A stretch of DNA of 64,000 bases. Source: an uncultured SAR86 cluster bacterium. GTDB taxonomy: Bacteria; Pseudomonadota; Gammaproteobacteria; Magnimaribacterales; D2472. The notes below the pieces were generated by a model. That model made no database searches and had not been told where the DNA came from. It was given only the letters and a program-made list of their open reading frames with translations. The stretch spans positions 46,785-110,784 of the forward strand of contig CACKPV010000001.1 in NCBI GenBank assembly GCA_902602185.1. Reading direction: 5' to 3'. The position numbers were made by a program, and so were the translations under genes. Numbering within the stretch: the stretch's first letter is position 1; every line of letters begins with the position of its first letter. This document shows, in pieces, positions 1 to 9,369 of this stretch.

Positions 1-1
1 T

Positions 2-1141
2 GAAAGATCCGGTTTACATAAAAGGATTGCCTTGATAATGATCAGTAGAGTTGGGTCCAATGGACCCAAACTTATTGGTGGTTTTATGTTAGTTGCTGCA
101 CTTATAAGCATGTGGGTGATGAATACATCAACAACTTTAATGTTACTACCCATTGGAATTGCTATATGTAATGTTGTTGCTCAAACCATTCCTGGTTTTT
201 CTGAACAAGATAAAGCAAATTTCGATCGTGCTCTCCTATTATCGATTGCTTATGCAGCCACTATTGGCGGCATGTCTACACTTGTTGGAACTGCTCCAAA
301 TATTGTTTTTAGTGCTTTCATGCAAGAGACTTATGGTCTTGAAATAACTATGACCGATTGGATGAAATTAGGAGTTCCTGTATCAGCATGTATGCTTGTT
401 GTTGCATGGTTTTTCTTAACAAAGGTTGTTTACCCAGTTAATTTTAAATCATCAAGTGAAACTCAAATAACCCTAAATAATATGCTCAGCGACATGGGAC
501 CAATGTCAAAAGATGAGTTCAGAGTCCTGCTTATTTTTCTTCTTGCTGCATTTCTATGGATGTTTAGAAGTTTAATTGATAACTATTTAATAGGGCTATC
601 AGATGCTGGTATAGCAATTATCATAGCTATAATGTTATTCATTATTCCATCTGCCAATAAAAAAGGAGAGTTATTGTCTTGGGATCAATCCAGTAAATTA
701 CCTTGGGGTCTCCTTCTTCTTTTTGGAGGAGGTTTATCACTTGGCGTTCAAATTAATACTTCGGGATTAGGACTATGGATTGGTCAAAGTCTTATAAGTC
801 TTCAAGCAGTCCCTTTAATTACTCTCGTGATGGCAGTGGCAGCTTTAATCATCTTTCTTACTGAAGTTACCAGTAATGTAGCAACCACCTCAACTTTCTT
901 ACCAGTTTTTGGAGCTGTTGCGGTGGCAATTGGGATAGCTCCAGAAGTTTTAACAATCCCGGTAGTTTTAGCAGCAAGTTGTGCTTTTATGCTTCCCGTT
1001 GCAACACCACCAAATGCCATTGTGTATGGATCCAATCGGTTTAAAATCATAGATATGATGCGTGCAGGTTTTGCCATTAATCTTGGGGGTATTGTTGTAG
1101 TAACCATCTTTGCCTACTTTCTAGCACCTTCTGTATTTTAA
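2..1141 (+). CDS. DASS/SLC13-type (ion-transporter superfamily) anion symporter, 5'-truncated by window edge
   Basis: The frame is open from the window edge (ERSGLHKRIAL precedes the first Met at 32), so the N-terminus lies upstream. Polytopic hydrophobic protein with paired hairpin-tip motifs GTAPN and ATPPN. Confidence 0.8.
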   Translation, partial: ERSGLHKRIALIMISRVGSNGPKLIGGFMLVAALISMWVMNTSTTLMLLPIGIAICNVVAQTIPGFSEQDKANFDRALLLSIAYAATIGGMSTLVGTAPNIVFSAFMQETYGLEITMTDWMKLGVPVSACMLVVAWFFLTKVVYPVNFKSSSETQITLNNMLSDMGPMSKDEFRVLLIFLLAAFLWMFRSLIDNYLIGLSDAGIAIIIAIMLFIIPSANKKGELLSWDQSSKLPWGLLLLFGGGLSLGVQINTSGLGLWIGQSLISLQAVPLITLVMAVAALIIFLTEVTSNVATTSTFLPVFGAVAVAIGIAPEVLTIPVVLAASCAFMLPVATPPNAIVYGSNRFKIIDMMRAGFAINLGGIVVVTIFAYFLAPSVF

Positions 1142-1143
1142 CA

Positions 1144-2847
1144 ATGCAAATTATCTTTGTTTTACTTTTATTACCGGTCTTTGTCTTGGGGGATTCGTAT
1201 ATCGATTATAAATCACCATTTCACCCAACTATTACTGATAAAGGGGTCGTGGTCTCTCAAAATTTTGAGTCCTCAGCAATTGGGGTGCAAATTCTAAATG
1301 CGGGCGGTAATGCAGTGGATGCTGCTGTTGCTGTTGGCTTTTCCCTAGCTATTACTTTGCCACGAGCTGGTAATCTTGGGGGAGGTGGTTTTATGTTGAT
1401 CTATTTGGAAGATTCAAAAGAAATATTTTCTATTGACTATAGAAGTAGTTCATCTAAAAATGCAAATCTTCAATTTCTCTTTGGCACACAAAATCCATCA
1501 AGTCTAAAAAATATTGATTATTCAAAAACTACCTACGGTTACAGTGCTTCAGCCACACCTGGAACAGTATATGGATTATTAGAAGCTCATGAAAAATTTG
1601 GTAAATTGCCACTAAGTGAAGTTCTGAATCCTGTTATTGAACAAGCTGAACGAGGAATAAAAGTTTCATATGACTTACATCACTCCATAGGCAGTGCTGA
1701 ACAATTACTAATGGATCCTGAATCCAAACGAATCTTTTTTAGAAACAACAACCCCCTTCCGGTTGGATCAATAATGCAAAGACCTGATTTAGCTAAAACC
1801 ATAAAAGCCATTGTAGAAAAGGGTAAGGATGGGTTTTATAAAGGATGGGTGGCTGAAGCTTTTTCTTCTACCATGAAAACAAATAAAGGATTTATTGATA
1901 AGAATGATTTATTGAACTACAAGTCAACATTTCGTGATCCAATAGGTACAAATTATAGAGGTTATAAAGTTTTCACTCAGGCCCCTCCTTCAGGAGGTGG
2001 GATTACTTTTATAACTGCACTAAATATTTTGCAGTTTTTTAATCTAGAAAAATATCAACCCAATTCAGCTGCAACTTACCATTTATTAGCAGAGGCTTTA
2101 CGCAGAGGCCACAACAATAGATCTCATCATGTTGGTGATCCAGCTTATTACAATGTTCCTTTAAATGAATTAATTTCAATAAGAAGAGCAAAAATGTTGG
2201 CAGAAAACATAAACTTTAAAGCAGCAACTCTATCTAAGTCTATTCAGTCTTTTGAAATAGAAGAAAGTAAAGATACCACTCATTATTCTATTGTCGATGC
2301 TGACGGAAATGCGGTTTCAAATACCTATACCCTTGGTTATTCTTTTGGTTCAGGAGTTACTATTCCCGGTACTGGCATTTTGATGAACAATCAGATGAGA
2401 AACTTTGCATACCTATATGGAAAAAAAGGGGTGACAGGAAGAGCTGCGAGTCCTGGAAATAAATTTGAGCCAGGAAAAAAACCAATGAGTACAATGCATC
2501 CCATTATCGTCTTTGATAAAAATGATAATCTTTTTCTTGTGACTGGATCACCAGGTGGCTCGCAAATTCCTGCTGCTAACCTAAGAATAGTAACTGGAGT
2601 GATAGATTTTAAATTGAATGTAGCTGATGCTACGATGCTTCCCAGAATTCATAAAGATTGGCCCTATAAAGAACTTGAATATGAATCTTTAATTAGCTCA
2701 GATAGTTATAGAGTCCTAGATAAGCTAGGACATTACATGGAATTATCCGACACCATTGGCAGCACTCAATCTATTCAGATTATTGATGAAACAAGGTATG
2801 GTTTTGCCGATCTTCGAAGGCCAAATGCTGGCGTTTCTATCCAATAA
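1144..2847 (+). CDS. ggt: gamma-glutamyltranspeptidase
   Basis: 567 aa with a signal-like N-terminus. GGT family blocks are present, including the autoprocessing Thr context (DTTHYSIVD), GNLGGGGF and TGSPGGSQIP. It starts 2 nt after the upstream permease stop. Confidence 0.9.
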   Translation: MQIIFVLLLLPVFVLGDSYIDYKSPFHPTITDKGVVVSQNFESSAIGVQILNAGGNAVDAAVAVGFSLAITLPRAGNLGGGGFMLIYLEDSKEIFSIDYRSSSSKNANLQFLFGTQNPSSLKNIDYSKTTYGYSASATPGTVYGLLEAHEKFGKLPLSEVLNPVIEQAERGIKVSYDLHHSIGSAEQLLMDPESKRIFFRNNNPLPVGSIMQRPDLAKTIKAIVEKGKDGFYKGWVAEAFSSTMKTNKGFIDKNDLLNYKSTFRDPIGTNYRGYKVFTQAPPSGGGITFITALNILQFFNLEKYQPNSAATYHLLAEALRRGHNNRSHHVGDPAYYNVPLNELISIRRAKMLAENINFKAATLSKSIQSFEIEESKDTTHYSIVDADGNAVSNTYTLGYSFGSGVTIPGTGILMNNQMRNFAYLYGKKGVTGRAASPGNKFEPGKKPMSTMHPIIVFDKNDNLFLVTGSPGGSQIPAANLRIVTGVIDFKLNVADATMLPRIHKDWPYKELEYESLISSDSYRVLDKLGHYMELSDTIGSTQSIQIIDETRYGFADLRRPNAGVSIQ

Positions 2848-4216
2848 ATTTAATTGCCGTTTGAATTCTTTTCAAAGATTCTTCTTTGCCAAATAATTCT
2901 AGTGTATAGCCTAGGGATGGTGACATGGTAGTCCCCATTAAGGCAATTCGAAGCGGTTGATTGACTTTAGGAACAGGATAATTGAAGAAATCTCGAATCT
3001 GAATTAACAACATATCCAGTTCGGTTTCAGTCCACTCATTAAGATTTTGTAACTTATCAAAAGCATGCTCAAGCAACTCCTTTGATCCCTTCAGAAATTT
3101 CTCTGTACCTTTTGGGTCATATTCCTCTAGAGGGAAAAAGAATGGTTTAGTAGATTCTGCTATTTGTCTCAAGGAGGGTTTTGAAGTTCTCATGGCTAAT
3201 ATTATTGCTTCATAATTTTGCGCATCGGCATGAATATTTATTTCCTCCATAAATGGCCCAATAATTTTTATAAAATCATCATTATTAAGATTTGATAAAT
3301 GTTGTGAGCTAATCCAATCCATTCTTTTCAAATCAAATATTGCAGCTCCTTTTTGAACATTTTTTATATCAAAATTTGCAATCAAATCATTTGTTGAGAA
3401 GATTTCTTCCTGTGTGGACCATCCTAATAAGGCAAGTGTATTGATGATAGTTTCTTTGGTGTACCCCATTTCTTTGTAGGCATTTAAGCTGGTTGCAGCA
3501 TGCCTCTTAGATAGACGTTTTTTGTCCTCACCTAAGACAAGTGGAAGATGGGCATACTCTAAGTCTGGATAGCCCAATGCTTTTTGAATATGAATTTGTC
3601 TTGGAGTATTACTTATATGGTCTTCTCCTCTAATAACAGTAGTAATTTTTTGTTCATAATCATCTACTACATTGCAAAAATGATAGGTTGGACTTCCGTC
3701 ACTTCGCAATAAAATCAGATCATCCAACTCATTATTATTAAACTTAATTTCTCCGCGAATTAAATCATTGACAATCGTTTCTCCATTTTCCGGAGTGGCA
3801 AGGCGCAAAACGGTTTCAGATGAGCGTGCTAATCCTAAATTTCGACTTCTACCATCATACATAGGTTTCTTTCCTGCAGCACTTTGAGCTTTTCGCATTT
3901 CATCAAGTTCCTCAGGTGTACAATTACACCAATAAGCACTGCCAGAATTGATTAATTTTTCAGCAGCTTTTCGATACAGTTCAGACCTTTCAGACTGTCT
4001 AACAGGTTCTTGATCTGCCTCTATCCCCAGCCATTGAAGACCTTGCAAGATATCTACTTCAAATTCTTTTTTTGACCTCTCTTGATCAGTATCTTCAATT
4101 CTGATGAGAAATAATCCATTGTGTTGTCTAGAAAAAATATAGTTAAATAATGCTGTTCTTACTCCTCCAATATGCAAGGTACCTGTTGGGCTTGGGGCAA
4201 ATCTAGTTATCTTCAT
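2837..4216 (-). CDS. gltX: glutamate--tRNA ligase
   Basis: 459 aa with class I aaRS motifs PSPTGTLHIGG (HIGH) and RLSKR (KMSKS variant). ATGA start/stop overlap with dnaQ. Confidence 0.93.
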   Translation of the reverse strand: MKITRFAPSPTGTLHIGGVRTALFNYIFSRQHNGLFLIRIEDTDQERSKKEFEVDILQGLQWLGIEADQEPVRQSERSELYRKAAEKLINSGSAYWCNCTPEELDEMRKAQSAAGKKPMYDGRSRNLGLARSSETVLRLATPENGETIVNDLIRGEIKFNNNELDDLILLRSDGSPTYHFCNVVDDYEQKITTVIRGEDHISNTPRQIHIQKALGYPDLEYAHLPLVLGEDKKRLSKRHAATSLNAYKEMGYTKETIINTLALLGWSTQEEIFSTNDLIANFDIKNVQKGAAIFDLKRMDWISSQHLSNLNNDDFIKIIGPFMEEINIHADAQNYEAIILAMRTSKPSLRQIAESTKPFFFPLEEYDPKGTEKFLKGSKELLEHAFDKLQNLNEWTETELDMLLIQIRDFFNYPVPKVNQPLRIALMGTTMSPSLGYTLELFGKEESLKRIQTAIKFIG

Positions 4217-4950
4217 TTATCTAATCCTATTGGCTTTACTCCAGAACTTTCTTCCATTTGTTGAAGTCTTTTAATGTGAATTTGCTCTTCTTTCTTAGAA
4301 GTTAATATTTTTTTTAATTTGATATTATTTGGATTGGTATATGTGCTAGATGATGCTCCATCACTTTTTTGATCTCTTGTATTCTTATTATCGGCACTAA
4401 AGTCAATATTTGACTGTCCACCAGTTAAAAAACCATAAGCATCGGCAAGAATGTTTGCATCTTTCAAACCGCCATGTTGGGCACGGTCATAATCATTTAT
4501 ATCAAATTTCTTCATTAGTCCATCGAGTGTCATGCGGTGCCCAAAAACCTCTCTTGACAAAATTACTGTATCTACAATTTCATCAACTACATCCTCAATT
4601 AATGGTAATGAAGAAGATGCAATTTTTAGTTCATTATTTAGATGTCCTACATCAAAAGGAGCATTATGCATAACTAATTTACTCCCCGAAATAAAAGTAA
4701 GAAAATCCTCTGCAATATCCCTAAAAAAAGGTTGTTCTATTAACATATCATCGGTGTAGCCAGTAATATTTTTAGCCCCCTCTCCCATTTTTCTTTCTGG
4801 ATTGAGAAAGGTATGAAATTCTTCATTAGTCTTAGTTCTTCCATGCAAGAGGACTGCCCCTATTTCCACAACACGATGTCCCTCTTCTATATCTAAGCCG
4901 GTAGTTTCAGTATCTAAACAGATTATTTTTTTTAAATTTTCAAAGTTCAT
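4213..4950 (-). CDS. dnaQ: DNA polymerase III epsilon subunit (3'-5' proofreading exonuclease)
   Basis: DEDDh motifs DTETTG, NAPFD and HGGLKDANILADAY. I moved the start from ORF-track 4998 to Met17 (MNFENLKK) because the longer form lies inside the rnhA 3' end. Confidence 0.88.
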   Translation of the reverse strand: MNFENLKKIICLDTETTGLDIEEGHRVVEIGAVLLHGRTKTNEEFHTFLNPERKMGEGAKNITGYTDDMLIEQPFFRDIAEDFLTFISGSKLVMHNAPFDVGHLNNELKIASSSLPLIEDVVDEIVDTVILSREVFGHRMTLDGLMKKFDINDYDRAQHGGLKDANILADAYGFLTGGQSNIDFSADNKNTRDQKSDGASSSTYTNPNNIKLKKILTSKKEEQIHIKRLQQMEESSGVKPIGLDK

Positions 4951-5374
4951 CAATACCCCTATTTGCCAGCATATCAGCAGTCTCATTACCAATATCACCT
5001 GAGTGCCCTTTTACCCATTGCCATTCAATTTTATGTTTTGATACAAGTTGATCGAGCTGCAGCCAAAGTTCTTTATTTTTTACAGGTTCACCTTTTGCAT
5101 TTCTCCAACCTCTTTTTTTCCAATTGTCCATCCAATCATTGATACCACCAATTACGTATTTTGAATCAGTTGTTAAAACAATCTGATGGGGCTCGGTTAA
5201 GTATTCAAGAGCTTTAATGACAGCAGTTAATTCCATCTTATTATTAGTGGTAATCTCATCACCACCATAGAGTTCTTGGGTTTTATCTCCAAAATCCATC
5301 AAAGCACCCCAGCCACCTGGCCCTGGATTATGTCGACATGCTCCGTCAGTATGAATTTCTACAGTTTTCATCAT
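4940..5374 (-). CDS. rnhA: ribonuclease HI
   Basis: 144 aa with RNase H hallmarks HTDGAC, MELTAV, TDSKYV and KGHSGDIGNETAD. Confidence 0.93.
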   Translation of the reverse strand: MMKTVEIHTDGACRHNPGPGGWGALMDFGDKTQELYGGDEITTNNKMELTAVIKALEYLTEPHQIVLTTDSKYVIGGINDWMDNWKKRGWRNAKGEPVKNKELWLQLDQLVSKHKIEWQWVKGHSGDIGNETADMLANRGIDEL

Positions 5375-5394
5375 ATAGGTTGTAAAATCTAAAT

Positions 5395-6135
5395 ATGCAA
5401 ATTAATTTTTTAAAAGCTTATACAGACAATTATATTTGGTTGCTGGAAACAAACAAAGAAATTTCTGTGATTGATCCTGGTGAGGCAACACCAGTGCTGA
5501 ACTACCTATCTCATTCTAAAAAGGTCCTTAAAGATATTTTAATAACGCATCATCACTTTGATCACACGGGAGGTATCGAAGATTTAAGGAAATATGTTAA
5601 CGGGAAGATATATGGTCCCAAAAATGACATTTCATCTATAACTGATAGAGTTATTGATGGTGATTGTTTCTCAACATTAGATATAAAAATGCAGACCATT
5701 GCTGTTCCTGGACATACACTTGATCATGTTGCATTTTATTGCCAAGAAATGGATTCACTTTTTTGTGGGGATACATTATTTGCTGGTGGTTGCGGAAGAG
5801 TATTTGAGGGAACTCATGAGGATATGTTTCAATCAATCCAAAAACTAAAAGATTTACCACCCGAAACTAAAGTGTACTGTGCACATGAATATACTGAGTC
5901 TAATCTTGAATTTGCACTTGAGGTAGATGCATCAAATCATGATCTCAAAAAACGTGTTGCTGATTTATCAAAAAAAATGACTGCTAATAATGGCTGTTCG
6001 ATTCCATCAGATCTCGCACTTGAATTAAAAACTAATCCATTTCTAAGATGTGATCTGTTAAGAGATTCACTTAAAGACTGCAAAACTGAGATGGATGCCT
6101 TTTCTTATCTTCGATCATGGAAAGACAACTTTTAA
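5395..6135 (+). CDS. gloB: hydroxyacylglutathione hydrolase (glyoxalase II)
   Basis: 246 aa with the metallo-beta-lactamase motif THHHFDHTGG and glyoxalase II length and C-terminal region. Confidence 0.88.
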   Translation: MQINFLKAYTDNYIWLLETNKEISVIDPGEATPVLNYLSHSKKVLKDILITHHHFDHTGGIEDLRKYVNGKIYGPKNDISSITDRVIDGDCFSTLDIKMQTIAVPGHTLDHVAFYCQEMDSLFCGDTLFAGGCGRVFEGTHEDMFQSIQKLKDLPPETKVYCAHEYTESNLEFALEVDASNHDLKKRVADLSKKMTANNGCSIPSDLALELKTNPFLRCDLLRDSLKDCKTEMDAFSYLRSWKDNF

Positions 6136-7595
6136 CATTATTATTAATTTTATTGTTATCCGGTTGCCAAACTCCTGAGCAATTTTCTTTCATAAAAGAA
6201 GTCCCTGAATCTGGATCCATAGAACAAATATCTCTTGAGGAACCAATGCAAACTGTTGAGGAAATCATTGATTATGAAAATATTTGGGATGCTTTTATCG
6301 ATAAATCAACATTTTCAGACTATCAAATTGATGCCTTAACACTGAATTACATGAATAAGCATTTAGATAATCCTGAATTGTTTACAAATTATCTGGATAA
6401 TTCTTATTTTTTTATTTTCTACATCATGCAAGAATTAGAAAAAAAGGGGTTGCCAATAGAATTTGCATTATTGCCGTTTATTGAAAGCAGTTATGATCCT
6501 TTTTCAATTTCTTCTTCTGGAGCAGTAGGTTTGTGGCAAATTATGCCTCCCACTGCAAATTTACTGGGTTTACGAAAGGATTGGTGGATAGAAGAGAGGC
6601 ATGATCCATTCAAATCGTCTCTTGCTGCAATCAACTACATTGATTACCTCTATCAAAGATTTGATAATAACCTTTATTTTGTATTAATTGCATATAATGC
6701 AGGTCCAACCTTTACACAAAAAGCCATAAATCAGATTGGACGGAGAAATGCAGAAAAAAACTACAAACAATTAAGACTCCCTTCGCAAACACAAAATTAT
6801 GTTCCTAAGTTTTTGGCATTACTTGAATTAATTAAAAATTTTGAAAAATATGGGGTCGAACTTCCTAATATACCCTACACACCTGTTATTGATAGGGTGA
6901 GTTTTGAACAACAAGTTGAAATTATAAACTTTAGTGATTTCATCGGTGAAAAACCAGAATTAATTTATTTACTGAATGCGGGGTATACCAAGTGGGCAAC
7001 GAGCCCAAAAAAACCTAGCATGTTCTATATTCCGATTGAAAAAAAACAGATTGTGATTGAGAAAGGTAATGAATTTGCTGTAAGTAAGAATATAAACTGG
7101 ATATCTCATGAAGTATCTACCGGTGATAACTTATGGGATCTTGCAAAAAAATATGAAACGAAAATACAAATTATCCGTGATGTTAATCAACTTGAAAGAG
7201 ATTTGCTTTCAATTGATCAGATACTTCTTATTCCCGTTGGGAATCCAAAAAATATTATCATACCCTTTGATTCTCATGTTGTGAGTGAGGGGGATACGCT
7301 ATGGAGTCTTTCAAATAAATATAATGTCACTCCAAAACAAATTATGTTAATGAATGATATTAAAAATCCAAATGAAATTCGCATAGGAGCTAAGTTAAAT
7401 ATTGGAAATAAGAATATTTATCGCAACATAGAATCGAAAAAAAGGACAATACTGTACTCAGTAAAACAAGGAGATAATTTATATAAAATTTCACAATTAT
7501 TTAATGTATCTGTGGAAAGTATTAAAAGGAACAATAGTGGAATCACTCTCCTTAAACCTGGACAAATAATAAAAATTACAATTTTAGCTTTTTAG
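6117..7595 (+). CDS. mltD: membrane-bound lytic murein transglycosylase D-like lipoprotein with LysM repeats
   Basis: Lipobox LLSGC. SLT catalytic block (IESSYDP...GLWQIMP). Three C-terminal LysM-like repeats (GDNLWDLAKKY, GDTLWSLSNKY, GDNLYKISQLF). Confidence 0.85.
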   Translation: MERQLLTLLLILLLSGCQTPEQFSFIKEVPESGSIEQISLEEPMQTVEEIIDYENIWDAFIDKSTFSDYQIDALTLNYMNKHLDNPELFTNYLDNSYFFIFYIMQELEKKGLPIEFALLPFIESSYDPFSISSSGAVGLWQIMPPTANLLGLRKDWWIEERHDPFKSSLAAINYIDYLYQRFDNNLYFVLIAYNAGPTFTQKAINQIGRRNAEKNYKQLRLPSQTQNYVPKFLALLELIKNFEKYGVELPNIPYTPVIDRVSFEQQVEIINFSDFIGEKPELIYLLNAGYTKWATSPKKPSMFYIPIEKKQIVIEKGNEFAVSKNINWISHEVSTGDNLWDLAKKYETKIQIIRDVNQLERDLLSIDQILLIPVGNPKNIIIPFDSHVVSEGDTLWSLSNKYNVTPKQIMLMNDIKNPNEIRIGAKLNIGNKNIYRNIESKKRTILYSVKQGDNLYKISQLFNVSVESIKRNNSGITLLKPGQIIKITILAF

Positions 7596-8443
7596 TCTTC
7601 TGCTGTTTTAGGGTCCAATGCATCTCTGAGCCCATCTCCAAAAAAGTTAAGAGCAAATAACGTAATGCTGAAGGTTAATCCTGAAAAGATCAAAATCCAT
7701 GGATATGATTGCATGCTGACAACACCATCCTTTATCAAAGAACCCCAACTGCTCATCTCAGCTGGAACACCAAGACCTAAAAAACTTAGGAATGATTCCA
7801 GTAGCATGACTGAGGGTATTGTCAAAGTTGCATACACTGCAATAGGGCCCAAGATATTCGGAAGAATATGTCGACGGAACATAGCAAAGTTACTCACACC
7901 CATTGCTTGGGCAGCCTGAACAAATTCCTGATTTTTGAGAGTAATTACTTGAGCACGCACGATTCTTGACATTGTTAACCACTCCACCGCGCCAATAGCA
8001 GCAAATAAAAGAAAAATGTTTCTTCCAAAAATTACCATTAAAAGAATGATGAAAATTATAAAAGGTAAACCGTATAGAATATCTACAATACGCATCATGA
8101 TAGAGTCTACTCTGCCTCCACTATAACCGGCTATTACACCCCAAGAAACTCCAATTAACAGCGCTACCGTGGTGGCAACAAAACCAACCATTAAAGAAAC
8201 TCTTGCACCATAAATAATCCTACTCAATAAGTCTCTGCCAAGACTATCAGTACCCAACCAGTGTTCTGCTGAGGGTGGTTGACCTATGCGGTCAACGAAT
8301 TGGAATTCATATGAATACGGAGCAACAAAAGGAGCAAAAATTGCAAGTGTGGACATAATAATAATTACCACGCCACCAAATATTGCAGCTTTGTTTTGCA
8401 GCAATCTTCTGATTGCATCCTGCCAAAGTGAAGAATTATTCAT
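7592..8443 (-). CDS. ABC peptide transporter permease (OppC/DppC-like)
   Basis: 283 aa, multi-TM, with a binding-protein-dependent transport EAA-type loop (AAQAMGVSNFAMFRRHILPN). 4-nt overlap with the upstream permease. Confidence 0.85.
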   Translation of the reverse strand: MNNSSLWQDAIRRLLQNKAAIFGGVVIIIMSTLAIFAPFVAPYSYEFQFVDRIGQPPSAEHWLGTDSLGRDLLSRIIYGARVSLMVGFVATTVALLIGVSWGVIAGYSGGRVDSIMMRIVDILYGLPFIIFIILLMVIFGRNIFLLFAAIGAVEWLTMSRIVRAQVITLKNQEFVQAAQAMGVSNFAMFRRHILPNILGPIAVYATLTIPSVMLLESFLSFLGLGVPAEMSSWGSLIKDGVVSMQSYPWILIFSGLTFSITLFALNFFGDGLRDALDPKTAED

Positions 8444-9363
8444 AATTCACTGCGAGCCTTTGGATTTAAAATTAACACTGCTAAATCGGAAAGCAGATTA
8501 AAGAAGATAATCATAGCTGAGAAAAGAATAGTTGTTCCCATTATCATGGTGTAGTCTCGATTCTGTGCGGCCTCAACATAAAATCTTCCAATACCTGGAA
8601 TATTAAATATGGTCTCTACTACAAATGAACCTCCTAATAAACCAGCAATGGCCGGACCTAAAAAAGATACAACAGGAATGAGACCACCTTGCATTGCATG
8701 CTTAAAAATTACTTGAAATTCAGATAACCCTTTTGCCCTTGCAGTTCTTATAAAATCTTGACCAAAAATTTCTAACATCCCGCCTCTGCTTAAGCGAGCA
8801 ATATAAGCCGCATAAGCAAAACCTAATGTGATTGAGGGCAACAACTTATCACCAGGTTGAAGACCCCAACCTGATACTGGAAGCAATCTTAATTCAACAC
8901 CAAAAATTAATGAAAGCACTGGTCCCAATAAAAAAGTGGGGACACAAATACCAAGCATAGCTATGCTCATTGGAAAATAGTCTAAAAAAGTATTTCTATT
9001 AAATGAAGCTATCACCCCAGCCAGGATGCCAAGAACAATAGCCATCAAAAGAGCATAAAATGCCAGTTCAAAAGTTGTTGGCAAACCAGTTGCAATCATT
9101 TCAGTGACTGTTCTCCCTGGATATCTATAAGATGGACCAAAATCACCAACAAAAATTCCAGTCATGTAATCAAAGTATTGCTGCCAGAGAGGAGCATTTA
9201 AGTTGTAAATTTCATTTAAATTTTCAAGGACTTGAGGTGGCAAACTTTTGTCCGCATCGAAAGGACCTCCTGGAGCAAATCTAATTAAAAAAAAGGTAAT
9301 AGTCGCAACTATTATTAAGACTGGGATAGCAATTAATATCCTCTTAAAAAGAATATTTAGCAT
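8440..9363 (-). CDS. ABC peptide transporter permease (OppB/DppB-like)
   Basis: 307 aa. N-terminus MLNILFKRILIAIP and the block FIRTARAKGLSE are typical of OppB/DppB permeases. Confidence 0.85.
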   Translation of the reverse strand: MLNILFKRILIAIPVLIIVATITFFLIRFAPGGPFDADKSLPPQVLENLNEIYNLNAPLWQQYFDYMTGIFVGDFGPSYRYPGRTVTEMIATGLPTTFELAFYALLMAIVLGILAGVIASFNRNTFLDYFPMSIAMLGICVPTFLLGPVLSLIFGVELRLLPVSGWGLQPGDKLLPSITLGFAYAAYIARLSRGGMLEIFGQDFIRTARAKGLSEFQVIFKHAMQGGLIPVVSFLGPAIAGLLGGSFVVETIFNIPGIGRFYVEAAQNRDYTMIMGTTILFSAMIIFFNLLSDLAVLILNPKARSEL

Positions 9364-9369
9364 AAAGAG